Source: Dimorphilus gyrociliatus (lineage: Eukaryota > Animalia > Annelida). From it: DNA of 64,000 bases. Of this stretch, positions 1 through 10,800 are shown piece after piece (the first letter of the stretch is position 1; every line of letters starts with the position of its first letter). Below the pieces are notes generated by a model, which saw only the letters and a program-made list of their open reading frames with translations, was not told the origin of the DNA and ran no database searches. The stretch lies in NCBI GenBank assembly GCA_904063045.1, contig CAJFCJ010000002.1, positions 2,599,891 through 2,663,890 on the forward strand. The letters are read 5' to 3'. The position numbers and the translations under genes are program-made.

Positions 1-7
1 TGTTAAA

Positions 8-1246
8 ATGTTCTCAGATTATCCAGACTTTTTAGCTTTTGCGCTATGTATTGTTTTAGCGATTATACTTGCAGTTGGCGTTCAAGAAGCCTCAAAATTC
101 AATCTTATATTCACAGGATTGAATTTACTTGTTGTGATATATGCTGTTACTGTTGGTGCGTTTAAGGCGGATATAAAGAATTGGGAGATAAATACAACTT
201 CTCTACATAATAATACTAGATACGGAACGGGAGGATTTGCTCCTTTCGGTTTTAGGGGAATACTCACTGGGGCGGCCACCTGTTTTTATGCTTTTGTGGG
301 ATTTGATGCTATTGCGACAACTGGAGAAGAAGCAATAAATCCTCGAAAAAATATTCCTTTGAGTATAATAGCCTCATTACTAGCGTGCTGTTTAGCATAT
401 TTGGCCACTTCAACTATAATTACTCTTCTTGTGCCCTATTATAATTTGGATGAAAATGCTGCTCTTCCATTAGCATTCCGTCAAGTTGGTTATCCAATTG
501 CACAATACGTGATAGGTGTTGGAGCCATGTGTGGTTTGACAACGTCCCTGCTGGGAAGTATGTTCCCTGTGCCTCGAGTTATTTATGCCATGGCGAGCGA
601 CGGTTTACTTTTTCACTTTCTCTCTGTTGTCAATGATAAATTTAAAACGCCGGTTAGAGCTACAATGGTTGCCGGGTTAATAGCAGGAATATTTGCTCTA
701 CTCTTTGATTTAAAGTCCTTGGTTGATATGATGTCAATAGGAACCTTGTTAGCATATACACTTGTTGGTATATCTGTGTTAGTTCTCAGATATAGGATAG
801 AAGAAGAATCGAATCATAAAGTTACTCTTTCTATTTTATCTATTGTAATGGCATCTGCTTCAATAAGCATGTATGTGACTTTTTTGGGGAACGAAATCGC
901 AGAAGGAAAATGGTGGGCATTATTGTTAATAAGTATATCTGGATTGATCGTCCTATGCTGTACCATTCTCGTTGCTGTACAACAGCAGAACAATGACGAC
1001 ATTTATTTTAAAGTTCCTCTTGTACCTGTAATTCCAATTTTGAGTATTTTTGTTAACGTATTCCTGATGTTTAAACTGCGTGGGCCAACGTGGGTACGAT
1101 TTGGAATATGGATGGGCTTAGGATTTCTAATATATTTCATATATGGCATTCGAAATAGTTCAGCAAAAGAGAATATCAGAAAGGAAACGGATGATATAGA
1201 CTATCCAGAAACGCTGCATAATGATAATGAAAAATTAATTAACTAA
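8..1246 (+). CDS. Cationic amino acid transporter (SLC7A/CAT family, APC superfamily); 5' part lies upstream of the window
   Basis: Frame is open from base 2. Motifs include GGFAPFGFRGILTGAATCFYAFVGFDAIATTGEEAINPRKNIP, PRVIYAMASDGLLF and MMSIGTLLAYTLV, plus the CAT-specific C-terminal FKVPLVPVIPILSIFVNVFLM...WVRFGIWMGLGFLIYFIYG. No intron in the visible part. Confidence 0.95.
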   Translation: MFSDYPDFLAFALCIVLAIILAVGVQEASKFNLIFTGLNLLVVIYAVTVGAFKADIKNWEINTTSLHNNTRYGTGGFAPFGFRGILTGAATCFYAFVGFDAIATTGEEAINPRKNIPLSIIASLLACCLAYLATSTIITLLVPYYNLDENAALPLAFRQVGYPIAQYVIGVGAMCGLTTSLLGSMFPVPRVIYAMASDGLLFHFLSVVNDKFKTPVRATMVAGLIAGIFALLFDLKSLVDMMSIGTLLAYTLVGISVLVLRYRIEEESNHKVTLSILSIVMASASISMYVTFLGNEIAEGKWWALLLISISGLIVLCCTILVAVQQQNNDDIYFKVPLVPVIPILSIFVNVFLMFKLRGPTWVRFGIWMGLGFLIYFIYGIRNSSAKENIRKETDDIDYPETLHNDNEKLIN

Positions 1247-1435
1247 TTTGTTTATTAAGCATTCACTGTCAGAGTTTAACTATAAACACTCTATATCACT
1301 TCTAAATATTGTATTTAATAAAGAAACAAAAATGAGAAGAAATAGAAACGTTTGTCTTAACTACAAACTAGATAGAAAAATATTTTTTTTTTTTTGAAAA
1401 GGTAAATAGAGCACCAAACTAATTAAGTACAATAG

Positions 1436-4190
1436 TTAATCGTATTCATGAGCTGAATATAATTTAGTTGATCCAGCAACGGTGAATCCTTTCTCCTCTA
1501 GAATTTCATCATCTTCTTCGCACAAATTCTTGCTTAAGTCAAAAGTAAGTTCATCCTCAAACTCTCTACCTTGACTGAAATTTATAATTAAGTATTATTG
1601 TTATACAAAATATGGTTTACAATATTATTTTATTAGATTACAAATAAGTATAGACTTAATTATAAAATATTGCTTATTTCAATATTTGTACGAGTTAAAA
1701 TGCAACCAGTTGATTGATCGTAATGAATTGCCATGTGTTTACTTTAAAATTGATTTTCTAGCAATTGATAAATACGTTTTATTTTTTTTTTGCATTAAGC
1801 AATATCTATGGCAAACTTACTTCACTGGATGTACTCCTGCTCCTCCGTTGTTGTTACCATTACTACTTTCAATGATATTACCATTCCCATTACCACTTGC
1901 CGGTCCATTATTATTAAAGGGAGCTGAAAGGGCTGATGTTGTGTCCTCTGTATTTACAACAAATGATCTGAAACCTTTTGGTCCAAAATTCTTTCCGTAA
2001 CAGTTCTTGCAGTATAAATTCTCATCGTGTTCTGAACAAGCACCAGGTTGGAGGAGCTTATTACAAACAGCTAGTAGAGTAGAGAAAAAAATAACAATTA
2101 TGAAAGAACCGAAACAGGAAATTCTGATTAATAGAGATAATGGCAATGATTGTGAACCGGATAAGGAAAATAAACAATGATGACAAGAGATCTCAAAATC
2201 TATTTATCAGACAAGTTTAATCGCAATGTATTATATTACTACTTGTCTACTTGTCAACAAGTGTTGTATGTTGCATAATTACATAAAATGACGCGATTTG
2301 AGACCTTGCTAATTTTAAATGTTTTCTTTCTTTTCTGAACCGAAATATTTCAATATTATCTAAATATCTAAGTGAAATTAGTTAATAAACAAAAAAAAGA
2401 AGTTGTTTAACTTTGGCTAAACGTCCAATTTCTAGATCTTTTGTTTCATATTTACACATTTCAAATACTTACAGCATTTAAAGCATAGCTTGTGGAATTT
2501 TCTTCTTAAAGCTTGAACTTGTTCGGCGAAAAACACTTTTTTACCGCATTTTGGACAGTTATCGGGATTATCGTAATTGATATCAATTTTGGCTTCTACT
2601 GATGTCTTTCTTGTTCTATTGTTTGCTTGACTTTCATCCCTTTTGAATGATGTTGTCAAACCGTATCCGAAACCGGAAGCGCCAAAGTTCTTATTATAAC
2701 AAGATCGGCAATAAACTTCATCCTCATGATCAGTTAAAGTAGTTGAGCTTAATAACTTTTGGCAATTTGCTAAAAAAAAATAAAAAAACAATAGAAGTCT
2801 GTCAATACAAATCTTTAAGAAAATTACATAACTAAAAAACCCTGGGGGTATTGTTTATAGAGCGTGCAAATATTGCTATTTTAAGCCTATATAAAATGCC
2901 TTTTTGTAAAAGGAATAGGGAGGTCCATATGTAAAGCAGACAAGGCCATATGGAGTTTACAAAAATACACTTGATCTATATTGTATTCCATCTATACTTT
3001 CATAAGTATGACGAAAACACAGTAGTTATTTTACCAATTATGGTAATTTATCAATTAAATGACTCATTTACAAAATATTCACAATATTCGAAATATTTCA
3101 TACCAAATAAGGTTTTCATTTAAATGATTGGATAATACAAGTTGATCATTATTATAAATAGGTATCAATAAATACTCTCTCAATCGATCGATAATACTCT
3201 TACATATGGTTTTCTTTCATTTTTTTTCAAATATAGAATTAAGGTTAAGTTTGAAAGCCAGCATTAGGCATAAAAACTCTTTTTATTATTCCCCCTGCCG
3301 ACATATCGGTATTGAATAAACGTATTTGATACATTTGATTTGTTCTACCAATTTTATCCTAGTTTTTCTATTTAACATAATGACAATTTCTCTTTCATAT
3401 ATTTACTTTTATAGATATATTTAACTCTAAAGATATGAATGAAGAATTATTATTCATATAATATTTAAATTCGTTAAAATTATTATACGTCGTAGAAAAT
3501 ATATACTCCACTCAGTTAATCGGTATTCTATTTAGATTCTTTTTTTATAGTCCTACCGAAATAGAAAAAAAGATAGGAGGGGGGGGGGGCGGGGGGGGTT
3601 GGTGTTGAGCAGTGTCATCCGAGATAGATAGATAGAGAGAGAGAAAAAAGGAGATAGACAAAAATAAATAGGTTATAGTTTTAGAAAGGTTTTAATATAT
3701 ATATAAAAAAAGAGAGTAAGCTGCTTATTTAGGCTTATTGTATAAAATTATTCTTGTTTTTAAAAAGGGAAGAAGAGTACTGCCCTTAATTTTAACAGAT
3801 GTGAGTTGATATTAAAGTGATGTTTATCATACATGAATTAGACAGGAAATTTCCCATTTAACTTACCACACTTAAAGCACATCTTATGGTAAGATCTTCC
3901 AAGGGCTTTCTGCTCCTCGTTGAAGTAAACGCTTTTCTCACATCTGGGACACTTAGGAGCTGATCCAAATTTGACGTTTTTTGAAGGTACATAACTACCT
4001 GCTTTTAAACAACAATTAAAATTAAACCAATTTACATATTTCATTACAAAAGAGTTTAAGGGGTTGGGCTCAGTTATAATAAAACCTATTTCGTTACGTA
4101 TGTTTAATTACTTTATTTTAAGTTTATTATATAGTTGAGTTTAAATTATCTATGTTGGTTACCTCCATTGCTGAACTCGATCTTTCCCAT
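1436..4190 (-). CDS. CSRP: Cysteine/glycine-rich two-LIM protein (CSRP / muscle LIM protein family), about 281 aa
   Basis: Exons 4190-4163, 3998-3867, 2769-2473, 2070-1821, 1574-1436; all GT-AG and phase-compatible, 846 nt in total. LIM1 [35 protein letters not shown]...YCRSCY followed by Gly-rich [11 protein letters not shown]; LIM2 [13 protein letters not shown]...HKLCFKC/SVCNKLL...[15 protein letters not shown]. Confidence 0.92.
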
Positions 4191-4805
4191 AACTTGCTTT
4201 ATATCAATATATTCAGAACGACACAAAAATGGTGAACGATATCAAACTAGCGTGAATAGGCGTTAGAAACACCGCGATTTGAATGGAAGTGGATTCCCTC
4301 TTATCTGGTTCCCAGGACCCTTCCTTCAATGTACACGTCTGTCAGCTGTGGAACACGTAACCTAACTTATAATGATGACGTCATTTTTACTTTTTCGTTG
4401 ATTGGTCAAGTCAATTAAATTAATTATGTAATAAGTAAAAGGTCTAAGAGTGCAATTTTTTTTTATTATCTTAACCAAAGAAAAAAAGAACAAACAAGCC
4501 ATAAAACAAGTTCAAATCAAGAAATAATATTTAAAATTAGTCGGAATGCGAACAAGAAATTTTCCATCACAGAGTAGATTTAAAATTTTACACTCTCTAA
4601 AAAAATTACAATAGAATAACTATTCTGTACAAGCCAAATGATATGTTCAAGGTTTGGCGACTGTGAATAACTTTGATAGTAATTCACAGAAAAAAGACAT
4701 TTCAAAAAGAAAGGGTTAAAACTTGGTAAATGTAAAATTGTATCATTAAAAGTTTCTAGTACTGAAGGCAGATTGACCAGAATAGAAGGAAGAATTCATA
4801 TTACT

Positions 4806-7800
4806 TTACAGGTCCGTTTCTTTTCTCTGTTAAAAACATTAATTAATTATTAGTAAGTGAAAGATAAAACTTATTAAAAGGGTAGGAAAAAGCCTATTTA
4901 CCTGAGTTGGACCACCAACTGGCGCCATCTGCGGTCGAGTCTGCCTATATCTCGCTTGTATGTCCTGAGTCTGTTGATTCATTCTTGGTCTGAATTGTTG
5001 GGGATGTTGGGGAGGTTGTGGGGGAGGTTGCATCATGCGATGAGGTTGATTAGAAGTTTGAGTTTGAGAAGGACCATGCGATGGATAATTTTGTTGCATT
5101 TGAGGTTGATGCTCCTGCATTTGGGGCTGATGCTGCTGCATTTGAGGTTGATGCTGCTGCATTTGGGGTTGATGCTGCTGCATTTGGGGTTGATGCTGCT
5201 GCATTTGGGGTTGATGCTGCTGCATTTGGGGTTGATGCTGCTGCATTTGGGGTTGATGCTGCTGCATTTGGGGTTGATGCTGCTGCATTTGGGGTTGATG
5301 CTGCTGCATTTGGGGTTGATGCTGCTGCATTTGGGGTTGATGCTGGAGCATTTGGGGTTGATGCTGCTGCATTTGGGGTTGATGCATTTGCTGGGGATGT
5401 TGGTTTCTATAAGGACGAACATTAGTTGTTGGAAATTGAGGTCTAGCATTGGGCTTGGAAACATATCCAATAATGTCTCCTTCGCCACTAGCTGCAACAG
5501 GCTGAATATGTCTCAATTGGTCTTGTTGCACTTGTTGTTGTCTCATTTGTTGCATAGCCGCCTGTTGCTGTTGTTGCTGTCGGGCGATCATCATTGAATC
5601 TTGTATCATTCGTTGTTGAGTGGAGCTTTGCTCATAGGCTACTGCAGTTTCTTTTCGACTGTCTTCTAAGACATTAGACGAAGAATACGATCTTGTCGGA
5701 GTTGATCTAGCCTCTTCTTCGGGATGAGCAAAACTTTGGCTTTTCTTCATTAGTCTGGCATCATAATCCATAGATGATTCATCGTGGGTTCGATCTAACA
5801 TACTACTATCGCTGTCATCTTTGGGTAATTCATCTACCCGAACCCATTTCTTTTCTTGTTGCTTTTTAGAAATTGCTTGATTAAGGAAATTAAGAAATTG
5901 ATCGACTGAAGGTAGATATTCAACAATATCTGAGAACAAAGTTGAGAATTTTTTCTCAAATCCAACACTTTCATCATAAATTTGTCCAGGTTTCTTCTCT
6001 AATTTAGGAGCTAATTTTGCCTTTAATGGCTTGGCCAGCTGTTTAGTAACTTTCAAAAATATAACAATAGGTTGAACGTCAGTTTCTTCTATCAAGTATT
6101 TTGTAGACTTAGGAGTTAAGATTAATACGCAATGTTTCTGTTTAGCCATACAACTTCTAATTGGTAAAAGAGAGGGATTGCAATCTTCCATTTCGACCGG
6201 GCCATCAGCCTCGCCGAATTTCGGATCGTTCAGGAGCATTTGACGAACAGCTCCCGCAAAGGGTCCTAGTAAAATAACAGGTCGGGGAACACGAGCAACA
6301 ATTTCAGTTACTCTTTCATAGGCAACGGGCCTTTCAGTGATTTCGGGTTCGGAGATTTTATCTTTATGGGATCTATCAGCAGATTTTGATTTTCTGATTG
6401 AACGTCGAATAAAACCCATTCTTTCAGTTGGTCTCGTTTTTCTTTCCGACAGCTTCTGTGTTAGGGCTATTTGCTCGGCCCTGCTATTGTTAGGTATAAA
6501 TCCGGGTAATGTTTCAGTCGAGGCACCATTCTCTTTGGTCGCCCTCCAGGCGCCAAATTCTCCACCAGGCATTGTGTCGGTTACGTGAAATATATCGCCA
6601 GATTTTATGTGTAGTTCACCTTGACTTGGCTTTTCGACGCTGAAGTTGGCTCTTACGTAAAAATTGTCACCACCCGTTGAACGTAAAACACTTTCGTAGG
6701 CCTCCCTCTTGTGAGCAACTGTTAATTTGGTGATAATATTCTGGGCCGCACTTAACATCATACAGACATCCTCCAGAGTTGATACACCCTTCACTCTCTT
6801 ATCATTCACAGCCAAAATTTCATCACCTTCCCTGAGGCCAGCTTCAGCTGCCTCTATTTCAGCTTTTCTTACGAATACACCACATGCGTTACCGCCTACA
6901 ACAGATACAATCACTCTGCCAATAGGACCCCATTCGACATCCCTCTGCAGGCGATCATCTCTCTCTGAAATTCTTCTGGTACCGTTTCTTGAACGATCAT
7001 GTTCCAATTCGCCATTACCGGATAAAGAGCTCAAAGACGATGATCGTTGTGGTACTTGAGGTCGTTGTTTATTGAATCGTGGAGATTGTTGCATTTGCTG
7101 GGGTTGAGTAAAATGTTGTTGAACATTTGGCTGATTGGATTGTTCTCGATAATATCTAGTATCATCAGATTCTTGAGTTTGCTGATAATATTGCTGTTGC
7201 TGTTGCTGTTGCTTTTGCTGTAACTCTGGCGATGGTGTCTTTCTTGGTAATTGTTGTTGAAATTGCTGTTGGGGCTGGCTTTGATAGGGCCGTTTAGGCT
7301 CTTCTTGATATGTAGGAGATGGAGTTTTTGCTGGTCGAGTTCTTTCGTGAATGGTATGTTGTTGAGGCTGCGATTGTAAGTGGTTGATGTCTCTTAATTG
7401 ACCATCTGCCATCCTTACTATAAAATTATTTTCGGCACTCTTTTCAAACTGAGCTGCCGTTTGGTGCTCCAAGTCGGCGCAAGTATCATCAGAGCTCACA
7501 GACATATTATCTGTGGAAGTTTGAAGGTGGGATACAGCGGGGTGTCTTGGCTGTTCGACAGGAGCTTGAATTTCTCTATGAGCATTCTTTGCATTTCGAG
7601 CTGGAGAATTCAATACAGGCTTAGCAGCAATAGGAGGTTTAGGTTTAGGGGCTGTGGTTGTAATCGGTGCTGTTCGACGTGGTGCTGGCTTAGGTGGGGC
7701 AGCTGGTTTTGGCGATCCTTCTCCCTTTGGTCCATTTTCTTCTTGATCTCTTAGCCAGTTATCAACTTTCGAGTATTGCTTATCCCTCTTTGGATTATTA

Positions 7801-10800
7801 ATATTTTCATAAGCGGGGCTTTGGTCTACCTGTGGTTGAGGGGGTTGTTGGTGTCTTACTGGTCGTTCTTCAGGCTCCTCTTCCGGAACGTTTCTTACGA
7901 CTGTAATTGGAGATTTTGGTTCTTCTGAAGAAATTTGTCTCGCTAATTTTTCCTTCGGAACATATGCTTGGTTTGGTGGGACAAGTTCTCCTTTCACTAT
8001 TTGAGGTGGATTTTGAACTACTTGTTGCGGCTGTGGCGGTTGTTGCACTGGCTGTGGTTGTTGTACAGATTGAACGGTTGTTCGACTCAGCTGTCCTGAA
8101 GGATTCATTTGTATAACTTGAACTCCACCTTTTTGGAGTTTTCTATCAATTAATTCGGTTGAAAATGTTTCATCGGAATTATTCGAACAGGCGTCGTCTT
8201 CGATATTTTGAGATTTCAAATTATTCATCTGAAAGTAGTGAAAATGGTATAAGTAACTGATCACCTCTAGTCATGTGATATTGCGATGAATTTTGTTATA
8301 ATAGACAGTAGTGTCAATTGGTGTCAAAAATGCTATTGATGTTCAGTATTATAAGTTCGAAAGGTGATGAATGTTGAATAAAAGTATTTTGAACTGTAAT
8401 AGGGTATATATTCATCTATGTCATATTTTGCCTGAGGGCTGTTTTAGATGGCATCTCTTTATCAGAGCAAGTGAAAAAATATGTACCTCATTCATTCTAG
8501 CCACGTTTTCTTCTTCCTGAAACTTTTTAGGAAGCTCGCCTAGAGTGTCTTCACTTTGAGCTCTAGGTCTAAATCTTCCACCTTCATTAACATCTTCTCT
8601 TACGTGATATCTTCGCTGTCTGTTATCATCATAATGTCGATAATCGGCTCCAACTTGACTAACAGATTCAAACACGCTAGGAGCCTGACTGTGCGAAATG
8701 ACAGATTCAGCAATACGGTTCCTAGAACCTAATGGTCTCAAATATCCTTCATCATAGCGGGGTCCAGCAAGTAAACCTATTTGTAAAAAATATATTTATG
8801 TATAATTAAAAAATCATTAATGTCTTGCGACACGAAAGATAAAATTTATCATTCAAAGCCTATTCGGATTAAACGAGCTCTGGGAAGTGTTTCATTTATT
8901 GAATAAAGGAATTTATCTTGTTTACGATCATGGCAAGATTTTTCACAATTCGATGTAAAAGATATGCTATTGGAAACGAGTATGAAAAATTTAATGTCCG
9001 TCAAAGAATGCAATGAGCAGATGTTAACTGGACGCAATTTTTCCTTAACTTTTAAACTAAAAAAATCCGCTTCATTGAAATAGAATAGGGACAGTCACAT
9101 GGTCCTTAGACAGATAAATTGATAAAAAGCAAGTATTAGTAATTTGGCTAGCAGGGAAAGAAGCGGGTATTGGGTGGGACAAGGCGGGAATAATTATAAT
9201 CGACTTATCAAATGTGAATTTAAAGGAAATAGAATACGTTTCTTTAAGGAATAAAAAAGATATCTTTCTTTCTCTGTTTTCTGACGTCCGATCGCCAATG
9301 GGGCTATATATATGCCAGAAACGGTTTAATAATGATAGGCGAATTATATATCGAACCAGTTAGACCATCTGTCGACGTAAATATTCAAAAGGAGTGTCAC
9401 GTGATCGAACAGATGATGTTTCTATATGTAGCTGATAATCTACGGAGGTGGTCTATGGTGAAATTCGTTAATTATTTTTCTGCCAAATTTAATCGACAAC
9501 TATAAATAGATTTAACCGCATGCATTATCGTAAATCAGTTCCATTAAGGGACGAGTTATACTACCCCCTCAAGTATGCGCAGGCATTAAAATTGCCAAAA
9601 CGTTACGTGTCGTCGGTTATTTTAAAGCCAAAAGCAGGTGATGAGCGACAGAACAATTCTTGGGTGGTTTCAGCGAGGGTTTCGATGTTGCGCAACTGCG
9701 GGGCAGAAGAAAAGCCGGAGGGACAAAATCAAAGGGTTTACACTTGTCTCCCGACATCGGCCACATATTTAAAAACACGAGCGTTACATTTAAACAGCTT
9801 TCTATGCTATATATATACAGCGTCTATTTAAAGAATATACATTTACTGAATTTGTATGTATATATAAATGCTTATATAGGCGAGCGTGTTTCAGAATTAG
9901 ACGGCGGCTACGACATGTGTATGCCCCGTGGGATGTTGGCAAGCTGGTATGCGTTGGGGACGGCGCGCGTCGGTCAACGGCGATTTCTTTTCCCCTCCTT
10001 TCACCTACGTTTAACCTCGGCGAGCGGGTTGACGGACGCGTTTCGCGCACGCGTCACCTCCCCCCTCCCCCTCTTTCCTCTTTTCCGTAGTCCTATGTAC
10101 CCAACGCCTCCATTACTTCCCCTTCCTCAAATTTGTAAAAACTAATATTACCACCAACTGACTTTCCTTAAAGAAAGAAATCAAAAGACTTGCTCTTGTA
10201 AGATAACCAGAGGGAATGAGGGGGGGTCTGTTGTAATTGGCATCAATAAAAACTTGAATAAATTCAAATTTAGTGCCCTCGACTTTGTTTAATTTCTCAA
10301 TCTTGTCTATCATTGCCTATTCTAAGGAAATCGATAGTTTCAATAAACGGCCATAATACAGTCATGTCAGAAGATATTTAATGATTTATGGAGGCGACGA
10401 TATACAGGTATATACGGGATAAATTGAATGGAAAAAAAACGGTTCGAACCGGATTTTAATGGTGCAATAAGAACGTTAGATATGAAAGCGAAACGTCAAG
10501 AATATGAGACCTTTGCGCATATTTATTACAGTTTTATTACATCTATTGAATAATAATGACCGTACTAGAAACCTTTCAAGTCAACGGCTCTCGCCCTCAA
10601 CTAATAAATTTAGCGAGAAACTCCTCACACCGTCCAATTATGTAATAAGACATAGTCAATTACATGAAAGGAAAAAAGATTTTGCTTTTACTGTTTAAAA
10701 AGAGGAAAATGGATAAAAGGTTCAGTGGGGGGGAGTACTCTCTATTTTAATTTTAAGCGTTTTGAAAGTTTATATATGATAGCTGCTTCCTAAAATTCTA

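Noticed and set aside
5097-5387. CRISPR-like regular repeats
   Set aside because: Contiguous tandem units with no unique spacers, in frame within a eukaryotic exon; no cas genes.
4956-5597. Three extra ORFs (4956-5597 +, 5033-5497 -, 5081-5425 +) with LLHLGLM / SSINPKC / FGVDAAA repeats
   Set aside because: Shadow frames of the stop-free 21-bp minisatellite inside the real exon.
9520-10313. Overlapping 66-161 aa ORFs in the large MAGUK intron
   Set aside because: No recognisable domains, several non-ATG starts, explained by local GC richness; no phase-compatible link to the flanking exons.
10441-10450. GGTTCGAACC resembling a Pol III B-box / tRNA T-loop
   Set aside because: No A-box or cloverleaf around it; just a short palindrome.
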